The notes under the pieces were generated by a model. That model saw nothing but the letters and a program-made list of their open reading frames with translations. It had not been told where the DNA came from and did no database searches. DNA of 64,000 nucleotides from Cycas panzhihuaensis (taxonomy: Eukaryota > Plantae > Cycadophyta), in NCBI GenBank assembly GCA_023213395.1, contig CM041465.1, positions 126,425,741 through 126,489,740 on the forward strand, read 5' to 3'. This document shows positions 1 to 13,535 of this stretch, piece by piece. Position numbers and translations under genes: made by a program. Position 1 is the stretch's first letter, and every line of letters starts with the position of its first letter.

Positions 1-2190
1 CTAAAGAAGATGCATTTCAGTCTCTTGTCATCAAGCTTCTTTTCATTTTCCTTTGAAATATATTTATATTCCATGCATCCAAAGATTTGCACGAGTACTA
101 TCGATGGTTTCTGACCTGACCAAACTTCTTCAAGAGTAATATTCCTAAGTGCAATTCTAGGACTTATGTTGGTTAGGTAAGTAGTTATGGTTGTGGCATC
201 AACCCAAGATCTGGTGGTAAGATTTGCAACACTAAGCATGGCTTCTCCTTTATTTATCAATGTCTAATTCATTCTTTTGACTACACCATTTTGTTGAGGT
301 GTGTGAGGAGTTGGGAACTGATGTTGGATGCCATGTTCTTTGCCCAAAATGTTGAACTGATTAGAACTATACTCTAAGCCACCATTATCAGATTTAAGGA
401 GCTTGATTATCATTCTACTTTTCTTTTTTATGGCAACTTTGAACTCTTTGAATTTATTTAGGGTTTTATACTTTTTTCTCAGGAGATAGACCTACATTTT
501 CCTTGAGAAGTCATCTATGAATGTGATGAAATGCCAGCTTTTATTGAGTGGTTAGACAGGTACCGATCCGCGAATTTCTGGGTGGACCGTCTCTAACGGC
601 GCTGAGGATCTCCATGCATTCTTAGAAGGAAAAATTTCTCTTTAGTGCTTTTCTATTAGGCAAGCCTCACATATGTTGTTGTACCTCTTAATTTTATGTA
701 AACCATGTACCATTTGGAGCTTAAACATGAGGTCCAAGCTTTGCATGTTTAAATGACTTAGGCATTAATTCCATAGGTGTACTTTGGAGCTATTTGAGAT
801 GATAATTTCCTTTCAATATGAGAATTCACCTGGTTCTTATATACAGGGGGACTCTTCATTAATGACTTCATTTACCTTATCAATTTGAGCTATGTTGGGA
901 ATTGAACAAGCTTCATTTTATGGAGTAGTTGTAAGGGGGATACCACCCAACCTATATAGGCCACCATCTTCATATCTTATGGCCACAAGCTTGCACGTTG
1001 CATGATCTGCGATTCTACTAATGCCCTAGACAAAGAGGACATCTAAATTCTGTTTGTTTATTTCATTGATATAGGGCAAGTTCATCTCCATTTCAGGTGC
1101 AAGGAATATATTATTGATGTGGTGCCTCATATTGGAGTCCTTCAAAGCTATTGGAGCCCTACCAATTTTGGTATTATCGTAAGTCAAATTATCCCCAAAT
1201 GTGATAGTTTAAGTATCATTGAAGGTCTCTTCTAATATTTTTCTAATCCGATCATATATCTCGTTGCACGACTCGAAGCCATGCATCCTCATCAAGTTGT
1301 GCAGAAAGAGCTGTAAAAAATAGGTGATGGAAGGAGGAATCCTAATTGTGTACCACATTACTTCCGTATTATTTATTATTATGCTGGTTTCTTTAATTTT
1401 TGATAGTGAATTGTAGCTTATTTTGAGGTCTTTCTCCTTGAGCAGGTCTCAGATTCCAATTGTGTTGGTAGAATTGGCCTTGTGGTTGGAATGATGACCC
1501 TTCTTATTGTTGAATAAGGCCTTTTTATTGGAAATATAGGCCTCCTTGTTACAAAATAAGACCTCGCTATTATGGAAACGGGGCTCTTTGTAGAAGGCAC
1601 GATCCTCCTTAGTAATATCCTTGTCTCTATTAAGAGTAACTAGGACCTCCTTGTTGATATGAGGGTGGTCCTTATTAGTAGATTAGGCCTAATCGTTGAT
1701 AATAAGAGATAGCTTATTAGAAGCGAGGCCTATATGATTGGCTCAATTGATTTTACAAGAGTTGTGAATCAACTTGTCCTCACTTGCATTAACAGAAGTG
1801 CCTTTTTTTATCATAGTAGAGGCAATTGACATCTGGTCTAACCTATTAATTCTTTTAAAGTTGTGCATATGGCTGGTATTGAGACTGCTGATGCCAATGA
1901 GTTAGATGGGAGGAGGAGGTGTTAATTGGTTATTACTTCTCTTAGGTTGGTTGTTGATATGGCTCTTGGGATATGGTCAGAGAATCCAAGTGTTGAGTTA
2001 GATCTTGGTGTTGACTAAGCTGTTGAGTTGATCTATTAATAGTCTTATGCTTTTATGAGTTATGGGCTGTAAAGGTAGGAGCGGGGTTAGATATACATGT
2101 CGCCCCAAGTCAGTCAGTTGAGTATATTCTCCTCTTATAACAAGAGTTCCTCACAGGTCGTGAAGTCTATTTTGGAATAATTACCATTTA
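1..2190 (-). mobile_element. Degenerate Ty1/copia gag(C-term)-protease-integrase fragment, monomer 1
   Basis: Manual minus-strand translation gives a knuckle relic CLYYDKKGHF (~1790-1830), protease-region GDNLT...NIFLAPEMEMNL, CEACL, FITFIDDFSRK, LKSDNGG, PQQNGVVKRMN and IFGC..KKLDDK. Many stops. Confidence 0.9.
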
Positions 2191-2289
2191 ATTTGGAAAC
2201 AAAGGAGTTATATTCTATAGAGATTAAATCATGGTTTGAAAGTGGCTCGTTAAGGATTATAAGTTAGTTCCTAGTTATTTTGACTTTAA

Positions 2290-3080
2290 TTAAGTGGTGT
2301 GCAACCCTGCCAAAAAACGTATACTTTTATCAAAACGTTATGAACTTAAAGAAGATAAGTCATGAAAATAAGATTAATTTTAGATTCACCTATTCATTAT
2401 AGGGTGTACCCTATGCTTGACACAAATAATTATACCCAACTAAGACATGGGAGAATATTATGAAGTAATTTAAGGAGATATTGTAAAAGTTTTTAAGTAA
2501 TGAGGTAGTGGAGTTATCTCTCAAGGAAATGAGATAAAGGCTAGTAGAATTACTTTTAATACGCATATGAAAAATAAATATTAAAGTTGTAAGTATTATG
2601 AATGGAGAAAAAATCATGGATTATAAGAAGAGAAACTATTTTACAAATGGGCTAAATTCCATTTCACACATGAGTTGGTATTACACTTTGAGAAAGAGAT
2701 GGACATTTAAAGGGCAGCCATAAACCTTATTATTTAGATCACAAGATAAAATGTAATAATTAAGAAGCCAAAATATAAATAAACCTTGCTATTAAGTAAC
2801 AAAAATAAAGGAGACCTCAAAAGTAGAAGCCTTTAAAAAGGAAGTCACAAGATTAAAGTTATAAAGAAAGAAACCTAAACTTACTAAGGAGAAGAAGAAC
2901 CAAAATATAAGGGTAACGAAGTAATTGAAGAAGTGGTGTCACATTTGTGATAATAATTCATATTCTAGTAAAAATGTGACCTAAATGAGAGGAATAATAT
3001 GGTAAAAAAGTAAAGTACATGGTGTTATATTTGTGATATGGATAACCATAATATGAATAAACACTATTTTAATATATGTA
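2290..3080 (+). mobile_element. Decayed gypsy-type gag relic, present in each complete monomer
   Basis: Plus strand reads TWENIMK*FKEIL...EMR*R..E...YF(I/T)NGLNS(KVRAIM in subtype C). Two knuckle-like motifs follow: WCHICDNNSYS.KKC (2934) and WCYICDMDNHNMNKHY (3020). Boundaries approximate. Confidence 0.6.
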
Positions 3081-3772
3081 AAACAAACCAATACGGTACA
3101 AGTTATGGAAGAAGGAACGACTTAACCATGATGCAATATACTAATGGCGCAGGAAGGCATGTGAAAAAATAATAATGCATGAAGAGAGAGTAAAGGAAAT
3201 GTACTAAACTAACTAAAATAATAGAGATAAAATTGATCTATCCTCATAGAAAATACCTATAGAGAGATCAAACATCACCTAATAAGAAGGCTGTCAAAAT
3301 CTAAGAGGTCCACTAGAGCATATATGCCTAAACTATTGAGAAAAGTATGTGCTTGGCCTATTGCAGATACCCTTTATAAAGGAGAATATCCTATCCTAAC
3401 CCAGACTCTTAAATATACCTAAAACACTAGACTCAATCTTAAAATATGAGAAGGGACTAACTAGAGTAAGAGGCCTAAAGGAGTTAAGACCACAGGATCC
3501 ACATGATCATTAGGTAGGTTCTTGGAAAATTATCAATTGTAGTGACTCATCTCACATAAGTTTGAGATAGGCTAATAATAGTACATGCATTTAACTCCAA
3601 CTGGCATCAAGCTCTAATAGGTAAAATAAAAAGAGGCCACTGCTCTCAATAAGATGCATAGAGTTCACTTAGTTGTTGAGGCCACACATATAAATGCATA
3701 GTGAGCGTAGATGCCCACCATTAGGCCATTCAGAATATGAATCGTAAGACTCTTCTCACATAAGGCCAAAAG

Positions 3773-4270
3773 ATCACCTCTCTCATCTAATGGTTAAATC
3801 TAGGTTCAAAGAAAGTGATCTACCTTATTTGTAAAAGAATAAGTACTTTGAGATATTATGTATCTTGATGTATTTTGTATATGCAAGAAGATAATTTATA
3901 TCTTCTTGTTGTTTAGGAGATTAAAGTCAAATAATTATTGTTGAACTAATTTCTAGGTGTGATGTTGATGTACTCTAAAGTAAATAAATGGCAATTCATT
4001 ATTTTGAATCAAATAAGAAAACCAATGACAAAAAAGAGTTAAATTTAAGATTCGAAATGTTTATTAGATGAATAAAGAGCGTAGAAGTTATTTTCTTTCA
4101 TTGCGTTTGGACGTTACTAATATTGACAACACAATGTAGATGATGCACTATAAGGAGCGAATGATTCCCAGGGATTACATCTGCATTCATTTTAGTTTGT
4201 AGAAATGGTGCTTCAAAGCTTCCTTAGCTGAAAGACGTTCCCTTGGGTCAAACTTCAACAAACCTAGAAG
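3773..4270 (-). pseudogene. LAMMER-kinase 3' tail fragment (last 28 codons, 4187-4270, plus 3' flank); nine copies in the window
   Basis: Reads LLGLLKFDPRERLSAKEALKHHFYKLK* versus LRGLLKFDPRERLSANEALNHHFFKLK* at 28803-28886. Flank 3773-4186 is homologous to 28398-28802. Stop-codon positions of the copies: 4187, 10582, 18190, 20048, 24911 (stop mutated), 49221, 54144, 59019, 63864. Confidence 0.93.
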
Positions 4271-7065
4271 ATGGGGTGTTGTTTGAAGAAAACCTCTTCT
4301 TTAAGGTCTCTATTGAGGAAAGTACCCTTCACATCCATTTGTTAAATATGTCGATTAAATTAGATTGCTAAGGACATAACCAAATGGAATGTGATCACAT
4401 TGGCTACCGGTGCAAAGGTCTTGTCATAATCAATCCCCTCTTGTTATTTAAAACCTCTTGCTATAAGGCGAGCTTTGCGAGTGTCATACTTTGTAAGGCC
4501 TTTTAGTAGTTATGGGAGGAGGAACATCCATTAATAATTATTATACCCATTAGGATGTAGTTGAATGCTAGTGGCTTCCACCTGAAGTTCATAAACTAAA
4601 ATTGGAGCTAAAGTTATACTTTCTTGAGTTGTTGATGTAGATGCTACTGGAATCGATGAAGGAGCTGGAGTGTAGGAGGAGGTTAGTTTTGGTGGCTCCA
4701 CAATTTGTCCAAGAATCACTTAACATACACAAACTAGTTCTACTGCTGTAATATAAGGTTGAGGTGAAGGTAGGTCCTATGAATCTTCTATAAATATTAT
4801 ATCCCGTGTTGCGTAAACTTGGTTACCAACTATGTCAAACACTTTATAGGCTTTACAACTAAGTACATAGCTAAAGAAGATGCATTTCAGTCTCTTGTCA
4901 TCAAGCTTCTTTTTGTTTTCCTTTGAAATATATTTATATTCCATGCATCCAAAGATCTGCACGAGTACTATCGATGGTTTCTGACCTGACCAAACTTCTT
5001 CAAGAGTAATATTCCTGACTGCAATTCTAGGACTTATGTTGGTTAGATAAGTAGTTATGGTTGTGGCATCAACCCAAGATCTGGTGGTCAGATTTGCAAC
5101 ACTAAGCACGGCTTTTCCTTTATTTATCAATGTCTAATTCATTCTTTTGACTACACCATTTTGTTGAGGTGTGTGGGGAGCTGGGAATTGATGTTGGATG
5201 CCATGTTCCTTGCCCAAAATGTTGGACTGATTAGAAATATACTCAAAGCCACCATTATCAGATCTAAGGGGCTTGATTATCATTCTACTTTCCTTTTCTA
5301 TGGCAGCTTTGAACTCTTTGAATTTATTTAGGGTTTTATACTCATTTCTCAGGAAATAGACCTACATTTTCCTTGAGAAGTCATCTATGAATGTGATGAA
5401 ACGCCGCTTTTATTGAGTGGTTAGGCGGTATCAACTCAGTAAATTTACGGATGGACCATCTCTAGCAGTTGGGGATCTCCATGTGTTCTTAGAAGGAAAA
5501 TTTTCTCGTTAGTAATTTTCTATTAGGCAAGCCTGACATATGTTGTTGTACCTCTTAATTTTATGTAAACCATGTACCATTTGGAGCTTAAATATGAGGT
5601 CCAAGCTTTGTATGTTTAAATGGATTAGTCATTAAATCCATAGATATACTTTGGAGCTATTTAAGATGACAATTTCCTTTCAATATGAGAATTCACAGGT
5701 TCTTATATACAAGGAGACTCTTCATTAATGACTTCATTTACCTTATCAGTTTGAGCTATGTTGGGAATTGAACAAGCTTTATTTTATAGAGTAGTTGTAA
5801 GGGGGATACCACCAAACCTATATAGGCCACCATCTTCATGTCTTTTGGCCACATGTTTGCATGTTGCATGATCTGCGATTCTAGTAATGCCCTAGCTAAA
5901 GAGGACATCTAAATTTGGTTTATTTATTTCATTGATAGAGAGCAAGTTCATCTCCATTTCGGGTGCAAGGAATATATTATTGATGTGGTGCCTCGTATTG
6001 GAGTCCTTCAAAGCTATTGGAGCACTACCAATTTTGGTTATTATAGTAAGTCAAATTATCCCCAAATGTGAAAGTTTGAGTATGGATTGGGCGGGTCTCT
6101 TCTAACATTTTTTCTAATCCGATCATATATCTCGTTACAACTGTCTCAAGGAGCCATGCATCCTCATCAAGTTGTGAAGAAGCAGCTGCAAAGAATAGGT
6201 TATGGAAGGAGGAATCCTAATTGTCTACCACATTACTTCCCTATTATTTATTATTATGCTGGTTCCTTTAATTTTTGATAGTGAATTGCTGCTTATTTTG
6301 AGGTCTTTCTCCTTGAGCAGGTCTCAGATTCCAATTGTGTTGGTAGAATTAGCCTTGTGGTTGGAATGATGACCCTTCGTATTATTGAATAAGGCCTCTT
6401 TATTAGAAATATCAGCCTCCTTGTTACAAAATAAGACCTCGCTATTATGGAAACAAGGCTCTCTGTAGAAGGCACGATCCTTCTTAGTAATATCCTTGTC
6501 TCTATTAAGAGTAACTAAGACCTCCTTGTTGATATGAGGGTGGTTCTTATTAGTAGATTAGGCCTGATCATTGATAATAAGAGGTAGCTTATTAGAAGCG
6601 AGGCCCATATGATTGGCTCAATTGAGTTTACAATAGCTGTAAATCAACTTGTCCTCACTTGCATTAACTAAGTGTCTTTTCTATTTATAGTAGAGGCAAC
6701 TTACATTTGGTCTCACCTATTAATTCTTTTAAAGTTATGCATATGGCTGGTATTGAGATTGCTGATGCCAATGAGTTAGACGGGAGGATGAGGTGTTAAT
6801 TGGTTATTACTTCTCTTAGGTTGGATGTTGATATGGCTCTTGGGATGTGGTCAGGGAATCCAAGTGTTGAGTTAGATCTTGGTGTTGACTAAGCTGTTGA
6901 GTTGATCTATTGATAGTCTTACGCTTTTATGAGTTATGGGCTGTAAAGGTAGGAGCGGGGTTAGATATACATGTCGCCCTAAGTCAGTTGAGTATATTCT
7001 CCTCTTATAACAAGAGTTCCTCACAGGTCGTGAAGTCTATTTTGGAATAATTACCATGTAATTCG
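4271..7065 (-). mobile_element. Degenerate copia gag-PR-IN-RT(N-term) fragment, monomer 2
   Basis: RT start KARLIARGFK*QEGIDYDKTFAPVA...DVKGTFLNRDLKEEVFFKQ at 4271-4490; integrase C-terminal ORF 4777-5130. Confidence 0.9.
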
Positions 7066-10000
7066 GAAACAAAAGAGTTATATTCTATAGATAGGATGTG
7101 AGTATTGCTAGAGATTAAATCATGGTTTAAAAGTAGTTCATTAAGGATTATAAGTTAGTTCCTAGTTATTTTGACTTTAATCAAGTGGTGTGCAACACTG
7201 CCAAAAAAGGTATACCTTTATTAAAACTTTATGAACTTAAAGAAGATAAGTTATGAAAATAAGATTAATTTTAGATTCACGTATTTATTATAGGGTGTAC
7301 CCTATGCTTGGCACAAATAATTACACCCAACTAAGACATGGGAGAATATTATGAAGTAATTTAAGGAGATATTGTAAAAGTTTTTAAGTAATGAGGTAGT
7401 GGAGTTATCTCTCAAGGAAATGAGATAAAGGCTAGTAGAATTACTATTAATACATATATAAAAAATAAATATTAAAGTTGTAAGTATTATGAATGGAGAA
7501 AAAATCATGGATTATAATAAGAGAAACTATTTTCTAAATGGGCTAAATTCTAAAGTAACGGCCACAATGGTGACTCATTCCTTGAAATGCTTCTATTTCA
7601 CACATGAGTTGGTATGCAACCATAAACCTTATTATTTAGATCACGAGACAAAATGTAATAATTAATAAGCCAAAATATAAATAAACCTTGCTATTAAGTA
7701 ACAAAAGTAAAGGAGACCTCAAAAGTAGAAGCCTTTAAAAAGGAAGTCATAAGGTTAAAGTTATAAAGAAAGAAACCTCAACTTACTAAGGAGAAGAAGA
7801 ACAAAAAAATATAGGGGTAACGAACCGTAATTGAAGAAGTGGTGTCACATTTGTGATAATAATTCATATTCTGGTAAAAAATGTGACCTAAATGAGAGGA
7901 ATAATATGGTAAAAAAGTAAAGTATATGGTGTTATATTTGTGATTTGGATAACCATAAAATGAATAAACACTATTTTAATATATGTAAAATAAACCAATA
8001 CGGTACAAGTTATGGAAGAAGGAACAACTTAACCATGATGCAATATACTAATGAAGCAGGAAGGCATGTGAAAAAGTAATAATGCATGAAGAGAGAGTAA
8101 AGGAAATGTACTAAACTAACTAAAATAATAGAGATAAAATTAATCTATCCTCATAGAAAATACCTATAGAGAGATCAAACATCACGTAATAAGAAGGCTG
8201 TCAAAATCTAAGAGGCCCACTAGAGCATATATGCCCAAACTATTGAGAAAAGTATGTGCTTGGCCTATTGTAGATACCCTTTATAAAGAAGAATGTCCTA
8301 TCCTAACCCAGACTCTTAAATATACCTAAAACACTAGACTCAATCTTAAAATATGAGAAGGGACTAACTAGAGCAAGAGGCCTAAAGGAGTTAAGACCAA
8401 AGGTAGGAGCGGGGTTAGATATACATGTCGCCCCAAGTCAGTCAGTTGAGTATATTCTCCTCTTATAACAAGAGTTCCTCGCAGGTTGTGAAGTCTATTT
8501 TGGAATAATTACCATTTAATTTGGAAACAAAGGAGTTATATTCGATAGGTACGATGTCAATGATGCTAGAGATTAAATCATTGTTTGAAAGTGGTTCATT
8601 AAGGATTATAAGTTAGTTCCTAGTTATTTTGACTTTAATCAAGTGGTGTGCAACGCTGCCAAAAAATGTATACTTTTATCAAAACGTTATGAACCTAAAG
8701 AAGATAAGTCATGAAAATAAGATTAATTTTAGATTCACCTATTCGTTATAGGGTGTACCCTATGCTTGGCACAAATAATTATACCCAACTAAGACATTGG
8801 AGAATATTATGAAGTAATTTAAGGAGATATTGTAAAAGTTTTTAAGTAATGAGGTAGTGGAGTTATCTCTCAAGGAAATGAGATAAAGGCTAGTAGAATT
8901 ACTTTTAATACGTATATGAAAAATAAATATTAAAGTTGTAAGTATTATGAATGGAGAAAAAATCATGGATTATAATAAGAGAAACTATTTTATAAATGGG
9001 CTAAATTCTAAAGTAAGGGCCATAATGGTGATTCATTCCTTGAAATGCTTCCATTTCACACATGAGTTGGTATTACACTTTGAGAAAGAGATGGGCATTT
9101 AAAAGGGCAGCCATAAACCTTATTATTTAGATCACAAGATAAAATGTAATAATTAAGAAGCCAAAATATAAATAAACCTTGCTATTAAGAAACAAAAATA
9201 AAGGAGACCTCAAAAGTAGAAGCCTTTAAAAAGGAAGTCACAAGATTAAAGTTATAAAGAAAGAAACATCAGCTTACTAAGGAGAAGAAGAATAAAAAAT
9301 TATAAGGGTAACGAACCGTAATTGAAGAAGTGGTGTCACATTTGTGATAATAATTCATATTCTAGTAAAAAATGTGACCTAAATGAGAGGAATAATATGG
9401 TAAAAAAGTAAAGTACATGGTGTTATATTTATGATATGTATAACCATAATATGAATAAAAACTATTTTAATATATGTAAAACAAACCAATACGGTACAAG
9501 TTATGGAAGAAGGAACAACTTAACCATGATGCAATATACTAATGACGCAGGAAGGCATGTGAAAAAATAATAATGCATGAAGAGAGAGTAAAGGAAATGT
9601 ACTAAACTAACTAAAATAATAGAGATAAAATTGATCTATCCTCATAGAAAATACCTATAGAGAGATCAAACATCACCTAATAAGAAGGCTGTCAAAATCT
9701 AAGAGGTCCACTAGAGCATATATGCCTAAACTATTGAGAAACGTATGTGCTTGGCCTATTGCAGATACCCTTTATAAAGAAGAATATCCTATCCTAACCC
9801 AGACTCTTAAATATACCTAAAACACTAGACTCAATCTTAAAATATGAGAAGGGACTAACTAGAGTAAGAGGCCTAAAGGAGTTAAGACCACATGATCCAT
9901 ATGATCATTAGGTAGGTTCTTGCAAAATTATCAATGGCAGTGACTCATCTCACATAAGTTTGAGATAGGCTAATAGTACATGCATTTAACTCCAACTAGC

Positions 10001-10665
10001 ATCAAGCTCTAATAGGTAAAATAAAAAGAGGCCACTGCTCTCAATAAGATGCATAGAGTTCATTCAGTTGCTGAGGCCACACATATAAACGCATAGTGAG
10101 GGTAGATGCCCACCATTGGGCCAATCAGAATATGAATCGTAAGACTCTTCTCACATAAGGCCAAAGGATCACCTCTCTCATCTAATGGCTAAATCTAGGT
10201 TCAAAGAAAGTGATCTACCTTATTTGTAAAAGAATAAGTACTTTGAGATATTATGTATCTTGATGTATTTTGTATATGCAAGAAGATAATTTATATCTTC
10301 TTGTTGTTTAGGAGATTAAAGTCAAATAATTATTGTTGAACTAATTTCTAGGTGTGATGTTGATGTACTCTAAAGTAAATAAATGGCAAATCATTATTTT
10401 GAATCAAATAAGAAAACCAATAACAAAAAAGAGTTAAATTTAAGATTCGAAATGTTTATTAGATGAATAAAGAGCGTAGAAGTTATTTTCTTTCATTGCA
10501 TTTGGACGTTACTAATATTGACAACACAATGTAGATGATGCACTATAAGGAGCGAATGATTCCCAGGGATTACATCTGCATTCATTTTAGTTTGTAGAAA
10601 TGGTGCTTCAAAGCTTCGTTAGCTGAAAGACATTCCCTTGGGTCAAACTTCAGTAAATCTCGAAG

Positions 10666-13470
10666 ATGGGGTGTTGTTTGAAGAAAACCTCTTCTTTAAG
10701 GTCTCTATTGAGGAAAGTACCCTTCACATCCATTTGCTAAATATTTCGATTAAATTATATTGCTAAGGACATAACCAAACGGAATGTGATCACATTGGCT
10801 ACCGGTGCAAAGGTCTTGTGATAATCAATCCCCTCTTGTTATTTAAAACCTCCTGCTATAAGGCGAGCTTTGCAAGTGTCATACTTTCTAAGGCCTTTTA
10901 ACATTTATGGGAGGAGGAACATCCATTAATAATTGTTATACCCATTAGGATTTAGTTGAATGCTAGTGGCTTCCACCTGAAGTTCATAAACTAAAATTAG
11001 ATGTAAAGTTATACTTTCTTGAGTCGTTGATGTAGATGCTACTGGAATCGATGAAGGAGCTGGAGTGTAGGAGGAGGATAGTTTTGGTGGCTCGACAATT
11101 TGTCCAAGAGTCACTTAAGATACAAAAACTACTTCTACTGCTATAATATAAGGTTGAGGTGGAGGTAGGTCCTATAAATCTTCTATAAATATTATATCCC
11201 GTGTTACGTAAACTTGGTTACCAACTATGTCAAACACTTTATAGGCTTTACAGCAAAGTACATAGCTAAGGAAGATGGATTTCAGGCTCTTGTCATCAAG
11301 CTTCTTTTTGTTTTCCTTTGAAATATATTTATATTCCATGCATCCAAAGATCTTCACGAGTACTACCGATGGTTTCTGACCTGACTAAACTTCTTCAAGA
11401 GTAATATTCCTAACTACAATTCTGGGACTTATGTTGGTTAGATAAGTAGTTATGGTTGTGGCATCAACCTAAGATCTGGTGGTAAGATTTGCAGGACTAA
11501 GCATTGCTTTTCCTTTATTTATCAATGTCTAATTCATTCTTTTGACTACACGATTTTGTTGAGTTGTGTGGGGAGATGGGAACTGATGTTGGATGCCATG
11601 TTCCTTGCCCAAAATGTTGAACTGATTAGAAATATACTCGCCACCATTATCAGATCTAAGGAGCTTGATTATCATTCTACTTTTCTTTTCTATGGCAGCT
11701 TTGAACTCTTTGAATTTATTTAGGGTTTTATACTTATTTCTCAGGAAATAGACCTACATTTTCCTTGAGATGTCATCTATGAATGTGATGAAATGCCAGT
11801 TTTTATTGAGTGGTTAGACAGGTATCAACCCGTAAATTTCTGGGTGGACCATCTTTAACGGCGCTGGGGATCTCCATGCGTTCTTAGAAGGAAAATTTTC
11901 TCGTTAGTACTTTTCTATTAGGCAAGCCTGACATATGTTGTTGTACCTCTTAATTTTATGTAAACCGTGTACGCTTTGGAGCTTAAACGTGAGGTCCAAG
12001 CTTTGCATGTTTAAATTGCTTAGTCATTAAATCCATAGATATACTTTGGAGCTATTTAAGATGACAATTTCCTTTCAATATGAGAATTGACCTGGTTCTT
12101 ATATACAAGGAGACTCTTCATTAATGACTTCATTTACCTTATCAGTTTGAGCTGTGTTGGGAATTGAACAAGCTTTATTTTATAGAGTAGTTGTAAGGGG
12201 GATACCACCAAACCTATATAGGCCACCATCTTCATGTCTTTTGGCCACAGGTTTGCATGTTGCATGATCTGCGATTCTAGTAATGCCCTAGCTAAAGAGG
12301 ACATCTAAATTCGGTTTATTTATTTCATTGATAGAGAGCAAGTTCATCTCCATTTCGGGTGCAAGGAATATATTATTGATGTGGTGCCTCGTATTGGAGT
12401 CCTTCAAAGCTATTGGAGCACTACCGATTTTGGTTATTATCGTAAGTCAAATTATCCCCAAATGTGAAAGTTTGAGTATGGATTGCGCGGGTCTCTTCTA
12501 ACATTTTTTCTAATCCGATCATATATCTCACATAACTGTCTCAAGGAGCCATGCATCCTCATAAAGTTGTGAAGAAGCAGCTGCAAAGAATAGGTTATGG
12601 AAGGAGGAATCCTAATTGTCTACCACATTACTTCCCTATTATTTATTATTATGCTGGTTCCTTTAATTTTTGATAGTGAATTGCTGCTTATTTTGAGGTC
12701 TTTCTCCTTGAGCAGGTCTCAGATTCCAATTGTGTTGGTAGAATTAGCCTTGTGGTTGGAATGATGTCCCTTCAGACATTGAATAAGGCCTCTTTATTAG
12801 AAATATCAGCCTCCTTGTTACAAAATAAGACCTCGCTATTATGGAAACAACGCTCTCTGTAGAAGGCACGATCCTTCTTGGTAATATCCTTGTCTCTATT
12901 AAGAGTAACTAAGACCTCCTTGTTGATATGAGGGTGGTTCTTATTAGTAGATTAGGCCTAATCGTTGATAATAAGAGGTAGCTTATTAGAAGCGAGGCCC
13001 ATATGATTGGCTCAATTGAGTTTACAAGAGCTGTAAATCAACTTGTCCTCACTTGCATTAACTAAGTGTCTTTTCTAATTATAGTAGAGGCAACTGACAT
13101 TTGGTCTCACCTATTAATTCTTTTAAAGTTGTGCATATGGCTGGTATTGAGATTGCTGATGCCAATGAGTTAAACGGGAGGATGAGGTGTTAATTGGTTA
13201 TTACTTCTCTTAGGTTGGATGTTGATATGGCTCTTGGGATGTGGTCAGAGAATCCAATTGTTGAGTTAGATCTTGGTGTTGACTAAGCTGTTGAGTTGAT
13301 CTATTGATAGTCTTACGCTTTTATGAGTTATGGGCTGTAAAGGTAGGAGCGGGGTTAGATATACATGTCGCCCTAAGTCAGTTGAGTATATTCTCCTCTT
13401 ATAACAAGAGTTCCTCACAGGTTGTGAAGTCTATTTTGGAATAATTACCATGTAATTTGGAAACAAAGGA
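10666..13470 (-). mobile_element. Degenerate copia fragment (monomer copy)
   Basis: Collinear with 4271-7065; ORF 11172-11357 is the integrase SH3-like C-terminal region. Confidence 0.88.
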
Positions 13471-13535
13471 GTTATATTCTATAGATAGGATGTCTTGTGA
13501 GGTCTTGTGATAATCAATCCCCTCTTGTTATTTAA

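Noticed and set aside
1418-2617. Recurrent small ORFs (MPSTK/ES..., MIFSPF..., and MTLGQ... elsewhere) as a multicopy peptide family
   Set aside because: They are alternative-frame, antisense or linker reads of decayed TE sequence. Their recurrence is explained by DNA-level repetition.
4187-4335. In-frame copia RT-kinase fusion protein
   Set aside because: The RT frame (CCC ATC TTC) and kinase frame (CTT CTA GGT) are offset, and the upstream RT has a stop (GFK*QEG).
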